46,668 nt of DNA from Akkermansia muciniphila (GTDB lineage Bacteria > Verrucomicrobiota > Verrucomicrobiia > Limisphaerales > SXTU01). This document shows, one piece after another, positions 8,387 through 17,282 of the stretch (positions within the stretch are counted from its first letter, which is position 1; each line of letters starts with the position of its first letter). The position numbers and the translations under genes are program-made. The DNA lies in assembly GCA_945872195.1 (NCBI GenBank), contig CAMBZO010000001.1:1-46668 (forward strand), given 5' to 3'. Below the pieces are notes generated by a model. It did no database searches and was not told the origin of the DNA. It was given only the letters and a program-made list of their open reading frames with translations.

Positions 8387-8848
8387 ATGTCTACAACCAC
8401 TAGCAACGCTCGCATCACCTTCAAGGGTGAATACGACTTTGGCGTGGACGATAAGCGGCGGGTGCAAATCCCGGCGAAATGGCGTCCAGCGGAAGAAGTC
8501 GCGTTGTCCGTGCATTTCTGGAAGGCCGAGGGCCAGCGCCATCCGTGCTTGCTGGTTCTGCCTCCAGCTACCGCGAGAAAGCTTGAGGAGAAGATGGAAG
8601 GCATGTCCTTCAGCGACCCCAAGGCGGAGACGCTCCGTCGCCTGCTGGGCGCGGACTGCGATGACCTGACACTCGATTCGGCGGGGCGCATCTGTCTGCC
8701 GGAGAAACTGGCGTCGAAGGCGGGCATTGGCAAGAAGGTGATTCTGGTCGGCCTGTTTGACCGATTCCAAATTTGGAACCCGGAGTTCTACGCGGACACC
8801 CAGGTCACCGACGAGGTGGCGCGTCCCGATGCCATCAAACTGATTTAG
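8387..8848 (+). CDS. mraZ: transcriptional regulator MraZ
   Basis: Two SpoVT/AbrB-like halves are visible (DDKRRVQIPAKWR and DSAGRICLPEKL). It is the first gene of the dcw cluster. Confidence 0.9.
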   Translation: MSTTTSNARITFKGEYDFGVDDKRRVQIPAKWRPAEEVALSVHFWKAEGQRHPCLLVLPPATARKLEEKMEGMSFSDPKAETLRRLLGADCDDLTLDSAGRICLPEKLASKAGIGKKVILVGLFDRFQIWNPEFYADTQVTDEVARPDAIKLI

Positions 8849-8977
8849 CCATGGGTCTGCTCAAATTACTCAATTCCGGCAAAAGCCGCGTGGGCCTGAC
8901 TAGCAGGCTCGTCACGAAGGCGCCGCGCGGCGCGCTCGCGTGGCGCTCCCTGTTGGCTGTGTAACGGCGCATGAAAC

Positions 8978-9910
8978 GTGACCAGCTTCATCCACAACCC
9001 AGTGATGGTGGAGGAAGTGTTGGCCGCACTCGGGCCCAAGCCCGGCGGGACGTTCGCCGACGGGACGCTGGGTTCGGGTGGGCACGCGACGGCGATTCTG
9101 CGGGCCAGCGCACCGACTGGATGGCTCTTTGGCTGCGATCGCGATGGCGATGCACTTGACGCGGCGCGTGCGCGACTGACAGCGGAGTTCGCGGGCCGGT
9201 TCGAGCTGCAGCGCGGGAATTTTACGGAACTGCCGGACTGGGTTCCGGCGGGCAGTTGCGATGGGGTGCTGCTGGATTTGGGCGTGAGTTCGCCGCAACT
9301 GGACCGTGCGGAACGCGGGTTCAGTTTTCAGCAGGACGGCCCGCTCGATATGCGGATGGACGCGCGGCAGGCGTTGACGGCGGCGGACTTGATCAACTCC
9401 GCGAGCGCCGAAGAGCTGATGAGAATTTTCTGGGACTACGGTGATGAGCCGGATGCACGACGGATGGCGCGGGCCATCGAGCACGACCGGCAGATGCAGC
9501 GGTTTACGACGACGCGGCAGCTCGCGGAGCTGATGGAACGAATCTCTCCGCGACACGGGCGCAAGGCGCACCCGGCCACGCGCGTGTTTCAGGCGCTGCG
9601 CATCGCGGTGAACGACGAGATCGGCTCGCTGCGGCGCGGGCTGACGGGCGCGGTGCGGTTGCTCAAGCCCGGCGGGCGGCTGGCGGTGATCACGTTTCAC
9701 TCGCTCGAAGACCGCGTGGTGAAGGAATTCGGGCGCGAGCAGGCGCGAGATTATGTGGTGCCCGGCGAAGTGGACGTGCCGGAGCTCCGGCAGCCGAGAG
9801 CGCCGGTGGTGCGGTTGGTCACGCGGAAGGCGATTTGCGCCAGCGACGCGGAAGTCGCGGCGAACCCTCGGGCGCGCAGCGCGCAACTGCGGGTGATGGA
9901 AAAAGCTTAA
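8978..9910 (+). CDS. rsmH: 16S rRNA (cytosine1402-N4)-methyltransferase
   Basis: Carries HNPVMVEEVL, DGTLGSGGHA, DLGVSSPQLD, GFSFQQDGPLDMRMD, FHSLEDRVVK and NPRARSAQLR. The start is GTG. Confidence 0.9.
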   Translation: MTSFIHNPVMVEEVLAALGPKPGGTFADGTLGSGGHATAILRASAPTGWLFGCDRDGDALDAARARLTAEFAGRFELQRGNFTELPDWVPAGSCDGVLLDLGVSSPQLDRAERGFSFQQDGPLDMRMDARQALTAADLINSASAEELMRIFWDYGDEPDARRMARAIEHDRQMQRFTTTRQLAELMERISPRHGRKAHPATRVFQALRIAVNDEIGSLRRGLTGAVRLLKPGGRLAVITFHSLEDRVVKEFGREQARDYVVPGEVDVPELRQPRAPVVRLVTRKAICASDAEVAANPRARSAQLRVMEKA

Positions 9911-9921
9911 CAACGAAGGAC

Positions 9922-10371
9922 ATGGCGAAGAATCGAAAGAATAGCGCAGGTGGCGGGGTCCGGCTCGGCCCGGTGGTGAAGGCGTTCTTCATCTGCATGG
10001 TCCTTTGCTCGCTCGGGGTGACCTATGTGTGGCAGAAGCGTCAGATTTACTCCCTCGGGGTCAAGACCGAGCAGCTTGAAAAGAAGCTCACCACGCTCAA
10101 ACGCGAGAACGAAATGCGCCGCCAGCAGATGGCGATGCTGCACTCGCTACCTTATCTCGACGCGCGCGTAAAGGAGCTGAAACTCGGCCTCGGCGTCCCC
10201 ACGCCCGACCAGATTCTCACCCTCGTAGAAGGCTCGATTACCCGCATTGCGCCGCGGAACGCCCCGCGCAACGTCCCGTTGCCGTCCGTTTCAGCGATGA
10301 CTCTTCCGCCCGATAAAACCTACCTCGCCTACGCCACGAAGCCTTTGCCTCCACCCACCAGGAAACGCTGA
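9922..10371 (+). CDS. ftsL: FtsL-like cell division protein (bitopic, coiled coil)
   Basis: Its position between rsmH and ftsI fits ftsL. It has a basic N-terminus, one TM segment (VVKAFFICMVLCSLGVTYVW) and a heptad-like stretch (LEKKLTTLKRENEMRRQQM). Start placed at the ATG at 9922. Confidence 0.65.
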   Translation: MAKNRKNSAGGGVRLGPVVKAFFICMVLCSLGVTYVWQKRQIYSLGVKTEQLEKKLTTLKRENEMRRQQMAMLHSLPYLDARVKELKLGLGVPTPDQILTLVEGSITRIAPRNAPRNVPLPSVSAMTLPPDKTYLAYATKPLPPPTRKR

Positions 10372-10446
10372 AACACGAACAACCATGAACACCACCGCCA
10401 TCCGCCACGAGGACGAGTCCGACTTCGAGATGAGTTTCGCCGCCTG

Positions 10447-12582
10447 ATGTCCGCCCGAGTGACAGCGCAGGATGCCACGCTCCAGCCGTTCCAGAACCGA
10501 CGGCTGCTGCTGATGGCATTCCTGTTGTTTGTCGCCTTCTGCGGCCTCGGCTACCGGCTCGTGGATTTGCAGGTCATGCAGCATGAGGCCCTCAAGGCAA
10601 AGGTCCGTGCCCAATTCGAAAGGACTCGCTTCATCGAACCCCGCCGTGGCGACATCCGCGACGCGCGCGGCAACCTCCTCGCTACCAGTCGCCCGGTGAA
10701 GACCGTTTTCGCCGACCCCGTGCTCATCGGCAGCCGCCAGTCAGACATCGCCCGAGCGCTCGCGCCGATTTTCCAAGTCCCCGAGGCCGAGTTGCACAAG
10801 CGCCTCTTGCCGCAGATCACGGTCCGCACCAACCCTATCGCTTCGCTCGATGGCGCTCTGCTCACCAACCGCAACATCGTGCTCGTGGATGGCTACGTGC
10901 TCGCGCCAAGCGGTGTGCTGCACACGAACCGTTTCATCGCCCTCCACAAAGGCGTCGTGACCACGAACTACAACTTCGTCGCCACCAACTCCCCGCTCGT
11001 CCTCTCGAACAGCTACGTCGTCATCACGAACCAGCTCATCGTCGTCACCAATCGCCACGTCGTGCTGGCGCACAAAGTGCCGCTGGAGCAGTGGGGGCAG
11101 ATCACCGCCGCGATGTCGAAGCTCACTTTCGCTGGCGTGGACGAGAAGAAACTCCCGCGTAAGGAGAAGGCCTTCTACCGCGAACTGCGGGCCAAGGCCA
11201 TCAACACCGACCCCGTGGACGACCAGATTCGCATCTACCCCAACCAGTCCCTCGCCGCGCACGTGCTCGGTTTCATAGGACCGGTCACGCGCACGAATGC
11301 CGCGAACGGGGTCATCCGCACCGAGTCTGCCGGCCTCGACGGGCTCGAGCGGCAACTGGATGCGAAGCTCAATGGCGTGCGCGGCTGGCGCGAGATGGAA
11401 GTGGGTGGCAAGGGCGCTGAGCTCGTGATGAACCGACAGCAGGAAGTCGAGGCACAGGACGGCCTCAACGCCGTGCTCACGATCGACGCCGCGATGCAGC
11501 ACATCCTTGAAACCGAGATCGCGGAAATCATGGTCAAGTTCAACCCCGTCAGCGCCTCGGGCATCGTGCTGCGTCCGAGCACCGGCGAAATCCTCGCGAT
11601 GGGTTCTCGCCCGACCTACGACCCGAATCAGCCGGGCAAGTCGCCCATCTCCGCGCTCAAGAACCGCATGACCGTGGACAGCTACGAGCCGGGTTCAACC
11701 TTCAAGATCGTCTCCATCGGCGCGGCATTGAACGAAGGGCTGACAACTCTCGGTGAACGGATTGATTGCGAGCGGGGCACCTGGTTCTACAAGGGCAAAC
11801 CGCTGCGCGATCATGACCCGCTCGGCGTCCTCACGGTCGAGGACGTGATGATGAAATCGTCGAACATCGGCTCTGCAAAAATCGGACTGCGCCTCGGCGA
11901 CCAAGGCCTGTTTAATTACCTCACCGCTTTTGGCTTCGGCGAGCGCACCGGTGTCCCGCTCCCGGGCGAGGCGCGCGGGCAGCTCATCCCGCTGAAGAAG
12001 TGGGACGGCATCACCGGTTCACGTGTGTCCATCGGCCACTCCGCCGCCGCCACGCCGCTCCAGATGGCGATGGCGATGGCGGCGATCGCCAACGGCGGCA
12101 AGCTCATGCGACCGCTGCTCGTGGATCGTCTCGAAGATGCGGACGGCAAAGTGGTGATGAAGCACCACCCGCAAATCATCCGACAGGTTTTCAAACCGGA
12201 AATCTCAAAGCAGGTTGTCGAGACACTCAAGCGCGTCGTTTCCACCGACGGCACGGCGGAGAAGGCACGGCTCGGTTACTACACCGCCGCTGGCAAGACC
12301 GGCACCGCACAGAAGCTGGAGAACGGGCAATACAGCCACTCCAAATATTTTTCCTCCTTCATCGGCTTCTTCCCGGCGGACAAACCGGAACTGCTTATCT
12401 ACGTGTGCGTGGACGAACCGGAAAAGGCCAAGGGCTATTATGGTGGTCAGGTGGCCGGTCAGGCTTTCAAGAACATCGCGCTGCGCTCCGCAAACTATCT
12501 GAACATCCGTCCCGAAACCGCTGTGGGTGAAGCCGTCACCGGCTTGGCTCAAGCACCCCAGGCAACGAACCGAACGAACTGA
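10447..12582 (+). CDS. ftsI: class B penicillin-binding protein / peptidoglycan D,D-transpeptidase FtsI
   Basis: It has an N-terminal TM segment and the three transpeptidase motifs: STFK (EPGSTFKIV), SSN (KSSNIG) and KTGT (AGKTGTAQ). It sits in the expected dcw position. Confidence 0.9.
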   Translation: MSARVTAQDATLQPFQNRRLLLMAFLLFVAFCGLGYRLVDLQVMQHEALKAKVRAQFERTRFIEPRRGDIRDARGNLLATSRPVKTVFADPVLIGSRQSDIARALAPIFQVPEAELHKRLLPQITVRTNPIASLDGALLTNRNIVLVDGYVLAPSGVLHTNRFIALHKGVVTTNYNFVATNSPLVLSNSYVVITNQLIVVTNRHVVLAHKVPLEQWGQITAAMSKLTFAGVDEKKLPRKEKAFYRELRAKAINTDPVDDQIRIYPNQSLAAHVLGFIGPVTRTNAANGVIRTESAGLDGLERQLDAKLNGVRGWREMEVGGKGAELVMNRQQEVEAQDGLNAVLTIDAAMQHILETEIAEIMVKFNPVSASGIVLRPSTGEILAMGSRPTYDPNQPGKSPISALKNRMTVDSYEPGSTFKIVSIGAALNEGLTTLGERIDCERGTWFYKGKPLRDHDPLGVLTVEDVMMKSSNIGSAKIGLRLGDQGLFNYLTAFGFGERTGVPLPGEARGQLIPLKKWDGITGSRVSIGHSAAATPLQMAMAMAAIANGGKLMRPLLVDRLEDADGKVVMKHHPQIIRQVFKPEISKQVVETLKRVVSTDGTAEKARLGYYTAAGKTGTAQKLENGQYSHSKYFSSFIGFFPADKPELLIYVCVDEPEKAKGYYGGQVAGQAFKNIALRSANYLNIRPETAVGEAVTGLAQAPQATNRTN

Positions 12583-12584
12583 CC

Positions 12585-12905
12585 GTGACGACTGACGAAC
12601 AGCTGACAATGACCGCGCCGCTCTCCAATCGGAGTGCGGTCTACCAGGCCGCAGCGGCTGATTCCGTGGAGACCATCGGAGCTCGGCAAGCCCCCTCCGC
12701 AGGTGCCCGCTGCGCTCCGGAGTCCAAGCTCCGCCGCGCTCCCTTCCGCTCGCTCGTCCTCTCGCAGAGCTGGGTGCCTTTCTCCGTCTCCCCGCGCGAG
12801 CGTTCTGCGATGCGGCCGAGCACACTCACGGCCGCCGAGGCCTTCACCCTTCTTTCGAGCGAACTCGACTCCCGACGTGGCGGGACGAAACCACCCGCCG
12901 CCTGA
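12585..12905 (+). CDS. hypothetical ORF filling the ftsI-murE spacer; coding status doubtful
   Basis: A GTG lies 3 nt after the ftsI stop and the ORF stops 5 nt before the murE ATG. About 75% of its codons end in G or C by my count. No family recognised. Confidence 0.25.
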   Translation: MTTDEQLTMTAPLSNRSAVYQAAAADSVETIGARQAPSAGARCAPESKLRRAPFRSLVLSQSWVPFSVSPRERSAMRPSTLTAAEAFTLLSSELDSRRGGTKPPAA

Positions 12906-12909
12906 CCCG

Positions 12910-14412
12910 ATGCAACTGAAAGAACTTCTCGATGGACTGCCGCTGCTGCGCTCGGAAGGCTCTCTGGATCGATTGGTTGCAGGAGTGACCGCTGACTCCC
13001 GCCGCCTTTCGCCGGGCATGGTGTTTATCGCCGTGCCGGGCGAGAACCACGACGGCCACGACTTCATCAGCACTGCGATTGACCGTGGGGCTGCCGCCAT
13101 CATTTGCGAGCGAAACGGCTTTTCCTCCGGTCGCGCGACGAAGGTGAAAGTCACCGACGCCCGCATCGCTCTGGCTGTCGCGGCGGCGAATTTCCACGGC
13201 CATCCCAGCCGCAAGCTCAAGGTCATCGGCGTGACCGGCACGAACGGAAAAACCACCGTGAGCTTCATGGTGAAGCACATTCTGGAAGCGGCCGGCATCC
13301 ACGCCGGCTTGCTCGGAACCATCCGCTACGAGATCGGCGACCGCGTGCTGCCGGCCCAGCGCACCACGCCGGAGTCATCCGAGATTCAGGCGTTCATGGC
13401 GCAGATGATCCGTGCCGGCTGCGAGGCGTGCGTGATGGAGGTCAGTTCCCACGCGCTGGCGCAGAAGCGTGTTCACGGCGTTGAGTTCGACCTCGGCATC
13501 TTCACGAACCTGACGCAAGACCACCTCGATTTCCACGGAGACATGGAGAGCTACTATGAGGCGAAGAAACAGCTCTTCACCTCGATTCAGGAAGGGGCCA
13601 AGCCCGGCGCGGCAATTCTGAACATTGACGACTCCTTCGGCTCCCGGCTTGCGCGCGAGACGAGCGCGGAAGTGCAGCTCACCTACGGCCTCGACGAGTC
13701 TGCCAAGCTGCGCGCCACTGAGTTTCAGCTTGGCCACGGGGAAACGAGCTTCACCGCCGAGACTCCTGCGGGATGCTTCGCCGTGAGGATGCCCCTCATC
13801 GGGCGGCACAACATTTACAACGCCCTCGCCGCCATCGGCGCGGGCCTCGCGCTGCGCGTCCCCATCGCGAAGATTCAAGCCGCGCTGCGCACGATGCCCG
13901 CCGTGCCGGGCCGATTGGAGCGCATCTCGGCTGGCCAGCCTTTCAGCGTGTTCGTGGACTACGCGCACACCGACGACGCTCTTCAGCACGTCCTGCGCAC
14001 CGTGCGTGAAATCACGCCGGGCCGCGTGCTGCTCGCCTTCGGTTGCGGCGGTGCGCGTGACACTGACAAGCGTGCGAAGATGGGCCAGGTCGCCGCGCTC
14101 CTCGCTCACCACACCCTCATCACCAGCGACAACCCGCGCCGTGAATCGCCCGCGTCCATCGCCGCGCAGATCGAGGCGGGCTTCACCTCGATTCGCCCTG
14201 ACCAGTTCACCGTGGAACTCGATCGTGCGCAGGCCATCCGCGAGTTGGTCGGCCTCGCGCGCCCCGGCGACACCGTGCTCATCGCCGGCAAGGGCCACGA
14301 GACTTACCAGGAATTTGAAGACACGGTTGTCCCATTTGATGACCGGGTGCATGCGCGGGAAGCGTTGGAGGAACTCGGGTGGGGAAAACCGCAATTGGCG
14401 AAAGCTGCTTAA
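12910..14412 (+). CDS. murE: UDP-N-acetylmuramoyl-L-alanyl-D-glutamate--2,6-diaminopimelate ligase
   Basis: Carries VTADSRRLSPGMVFIAVPG, the P-loop GVTGTNGKTT, TNLTQDHLDFHG, and DNPR in TSDNPRRE. Start moved from 12634 to the ATG at 12910 (MQLKELLDGL). Confidence 0.9.
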   Translation: MQLKELLDGLPLLRSEGSLDRLVAGVTADSRRLSPGMVFIAVPGENHDGHDFISTAIDRGAAAIICERNGFSSGRATKVKVTDARIALAVAAANFHGHPSRKLKVIGVTGTNGKTTVSFMVKHILEAAGIHAGLLGTIRYEIGDRVLPAQRTTPESSEIQAFMAQMIRAGCEACVMEVSSHALAQKRVHGVEFDLGIFTNLTQDHLDFHGDMESYYEAKKQLFTSIQEGAKPGAAILNIDDSFGSRLARETSAEVQLTYGLDESAKLRATEFQLGHGETSFTAETPAGCFAVRMPLIGRHNIYNALAAIGAGLALRVPIAKIQAALRTMPAVPGRLERISAGQPFSVFVDYAHTDDALQHVLRTVREITPGRVLLAFGCGGARDTDKRAKMGQVAALLAHHTLITSDNPRRESPASIAAQIEAGFTSIRPDQFTVELDRAQAIRELVGLARPGDTVLIAGKGHETYQEFEDTVVPFDDRVHAREALEELGWGKPQLAKAA

Positions 14413-15842
14413 TGGACCCGCGCCCGCTCAAGTTCATCGCCGACGCGACCGGTGGAGAAATCCACTGCGGGGCAGGGGAGACACTTGTCTCGCGTGTCTG
14501 CACGGACTCGCGGGAAGTCCAGCCCGGCGACCTCTTCATCGCCCTCGCCGGCGAGAAGTATGACGGACACAAGTTCATCGCGGAAGTCGCAGCGAAGGGA
14601 GTTGCGGCTGTGGTTGTGGAGAAAGCCCGTGCCGGCGACTTGCAGTCGCCGTCGGCACCCGTCGTCATCACCGTCGCGAACACGCGCACCGCATACGCCA
14701 AACTCGCTGCGCGCTACCGGCAGGACTTTGACATCCCCGTCATCGCCGTCGGCGGCTCGAACGGGAAGACGACGACGAAGGAATTCATCGCAGCCGTGCT
14801 GCGTGAGCGCGGCCCGGCCCTGTGGAGCGAGGCCAGTTTCAACAACGACATTGGAGTGCCGCACACCTTGCTGCGATTGGAGCAGAGGCACACCAGCGCG
14901 GTGTTGGAAGTCGGCACCAACCATCCCGGCGAACTCGCGCCGTTGGTGAAACTCATTCAGCCGCGCTTCGCCGTCATCACCAGCATCGGGCGCGAGCATC
15001 TGGAATTCTTCGGCGACGTGAGTGGCGTCGCGCAGGAGGAAGGCTGGCTGGCCGAGCTGTTGCCGGCGAACGGGATTCTCTTTGTGAACGGTGATTGCCC
15101 GGAGACGGAAGCGGTTGCGCGGCGCACGCAGGCGCGTGTGGTGCGCGTGGGATTTGGACCGCGCAACGACTGGCGCGCGACCGACGTGCGCTACGATGAA
15201 CGCGGGCAAACCTTCCAAGTCTCCAGCCCCCTCGCAGCCAGTTCCGGCGCGTATCGCATCGGGCTGCTGGGACGGCATCAAGTTTTAAACGCTCTGCTCG
15301 CTGGGGCTGTGGGAACCGAGGTTGGTTTGACCAGCGATCAAGTCAGGCGCGCTTTGGCGGGATGCACCCCGCCAAAGATGCGCCTGCAACTTTGGGAGGC
15401 AAACGGCGTGCGCGTGCTCGACGACGCCTACAACGCCAACGCGGACTCGATGATCGCCGCGCTACAAACACTGCACGACCTGCCATGCGCGGGCCGCCGC
15501 GTGGCGGTGCTCGGCGACATGGCGGAACTCGGCGCGCACAGCATCGCGGCGCATGTCGAGGTCGGGCGGCGGGCGGCGGAGTTGGGCGTGAACCGGCTCT
15601 TCGCCGTGGGCAAGATGGCGGGCCATCTGGCCGGCGCGGCGCGGGCCGCCGGCTTGAGCGCGGTCACGGAAATCGCCGAGGTCTTGAGCGCGGGCGAGAC
15701 CGTGCGCCGCGAGTTGATGCCCGGCGATGTGGTTCTGCTGAAGGCTTCGCGGTCCGCGCGGCTGGAGCGCGTGGGCGAGGTAATTCGTAACGGAACCGGC
15801 GCGGGCGGCAGGTTGAATCCCCTCGCCGCCCCAGTGAACTGA
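14412..15842 (+). CDS. murF: UDP-N-acetylmuramoyl-tripeptide--D-alanyl-D-alanine ligase
   Basis: Carries TDSREVQPGDLFIAL.GEKYDGHKF, GGSNGKTTTKE and DDAYNANADSM. Its ATG overlaps the murE TAA (TAATG). Confidence 0.9.
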   Translation: MDPRPLKFIADATGGEIHCGAGETLVSRVCTDSREVQPGDLFIALAGEKYDGHKFIAEVAAKGVAAVVVEKARAGDLQSPSAPVVITVANTRTAYAKLAARYRQDFDIPVIAVGGSNGKTTTKEFIAAVLRERGPALWSEASFNNDIGVPHTLLRLEQRHTSAVLEVGTNHPGELAPLVKLIQPRFAVITSIGREHLEFFGDVSGVAQEEGWLAELLPANGILFVNGDCPETEAVARRTQARVVRVGFGPRNDWRATDVRYDERGQTFQVSSPLAASSGAYRIGLLGRHQVLNALLAGAVGTEVGLTSDQVRRALAGCTPPKMRLQLWEANGVRVLDDAYNANADSMIAALQTLHDLPCAGRRVAVLGDMAELGAHSIAAHVEVGRRAAELGVNRLFAVGKMAGHLAGAARAAGLSAVTEIAEVLSAGETVRRELMPGDVVLLKASRSARLERVGEVIRNGTGAGGRLNPLAAPVN

Positions 15843-15848
15843 ACTGCC

Positions 15849-16010
15849 ATGAGTGCCAAATCAGACCGACAACAGCAGCGCACGGCGAAGAAGCTGGCGC
15901 AGGAATTGAAGGCCAACGTGCGGGTGCCGGGCTTCCTTGGCCGGCTGTGCCGATGGGAAAAGCTGCGCCACCGCGACGGGCTGTTCACCTTGCAACACAG
16001 ACACGATTGA
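15849..16010 (+). CDS. possible small basic protein (53 aa) in the murF-mraY spacer
   Basis: My own translation gives MSAKSDRQQQRTAKKLAQELKANVRVPGFLGRLCRWEKLRHRDGLFTLQHRHD. It is below the track size cut-off. Third positions are mostly G or C. No homology recognised. Confidence 0.2.
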   Translation: MSAKSDRQQQRTAKKLAQELKANVRVPGFLGRLCRWEKLRHRDGLFTLQHRHD

Positions 16011-16123
16011 AGATGGAGACCGAGAGCAAGATTAGGCTCAAGATTACGAGCACGAGCCGAGTTGGCCGTCCTGCTCCTAATCCAGATCCTGCTTCTAATG
16101 CTCACTCTGTCCCCGAATGACCG

Positions 16124-17281
16124 ATGATTTTCTACCTCAGTCAATGGCTCCAAGAGCAAGCTGCTGGAACCGCGTGGGCCGACCCGCTGTCGGCGCTGCG
16201 GGTGTTCCGCTACATCACGGTGCGGACTGCGGGTGCTGCCATCTCGGCCTTGATTTTGAGCCTGTGGCTGGGGCCGTTGGTCATTGCATGGCTCAAGGGA
16301 CTCAAGTTCGGCCAGGAGTATCTGGACAGAGCGCAGGAGGCCGGCACGATGGACAACCAAGTCTTCACCAAGAAGGGCGTGCCGGGCATGGGCGGCATTT
16401 TGATTGTGCTGGTCGTGGACTTGACCGCGCTCATTTGGGCGCAGTGGAACGCGTTCATTGTGCTGACCCTGGTGTCACTGCTCGTGCTCGCGGCGCTGGG
16501 CTTCTACGACGACTACAAGAAACTCACCGAGCAGAAGAGCACGGGTGGGGCGACGGAAAGCTTGAAGCTGGTCGTGCAGTTTGTGCTGGCGGGCTTCATC
16601 GCGTGGACGCTCTGGCTGATGCCGGAGACGAGCAAGCTCATCAGCGAGATCCAAGTCCCGTTCTTCAAGCACGCAGTGCTGACGGACGCGGCCTGGCTGG
16701 GCGGCCTCATCACGGTCTGCGCCATCGCGGGCAGCAGCAATGCGGTCAACATCACGGACGGGCTGGACGGGTTGGCGATTGGCTGCACGCTCATTGTGAC
16801 GACGGTCTTCCTCGTGTTCACCTACATCGCGGGAAACGCGATCCTTGCTCGCTACTTGTTTGTGCCGTTCGTGCCGGGCGCCGGGGAGCTTACGGTGTTT
16901 TGCGCCGCGATGATCGGGGCAAGCCTGGGTTTCCTCTGGTTCAACTGTCATCCCGCGCAAGTCTTCATGGGCGACACGGGGTCGCTCGCGCTGGGCGGCG
17001 TGCTGGGCATCATGGCGGTGCTGATTCACCAACCGTTCGTGCTGGTGATCGCGGGTGGCGTGTTCGTGGTGGAAATCGTCTCGGTGATGATTCAGCGCTA
17101 CTGGTTCAAATACACGAGGCGCAAGTATGGCGTGGGCAACGAACGGCGTGTTTTTCTCATGGCTCCGCTGCATCACCACTTTCAGAAACTCGGCTGGTAT
17201 GAGTCACAGGTCGTCGCCCGGTTTTACATCCTGTGCATCGTCTGCGCGGTGCTCGCGCTGGCGACGTTGAAGTTGCGTTAA
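16124..17281 (+). CDS. mraY: phospho-N-acetylmuramoyl-pentapeptide transferase
   Basis: A polytopic membrane protein carrying GMGGILI, NAVNITDGLDGLA, GDTGSLALGG and APLHHHF. Confidence 0.92.
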   Translation: MIFYLSQWLQEQAAGTAWADPLSALRVFRYITVRTAGAAISALILSLWLGPLVIAWLKGLKFGQEYLDRAQEAGTMDNQVFTKKGVPGMGGILIVLVVDLTALIWAQWNAFIVLTLVSLLVLAALGFYDDYKKLTEQKSTGGATESLKLVVQFVLAGFIAWTLWLMPETSKLISEIQVPFFKHAVLTDAAWLGGLITVCAIAGSSNAVNITDGLDGLAIGCTLIVTTVFLVFTYIAGNAILARYLFVPFVPGAGELTVFCAAMIGASLGFLWFNCHPAQVFMGDTGSLALGGVLGIMAVLIHQPFVLVIAGGVFVVEIVSVMIQRYWFKYTRRKYGVGNERRVFLMAPLHHHFQKLGWYESQVVARFYILCIVCAVLALATLKLR

Positions 17282-17282
17282 G

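Noticed and set aside
8851-8964. A 38-codon ORF in the mraZ-rsmH spacer (part of track ORF 8773..8964).
   Set aside because: It is short with no recognisable features, and the longer track version overlaps the mraZ 3' end. The spacer is more simply non-coding.
12634-12909. A 92-codon N-terminal extension of murE.
   Set aside because: MurE homology begins at the ATG at 12910 (MQLKELLDGL...). The extension is Pro/Ser/Arg-rich and competes with another frame that fills the same spacer.
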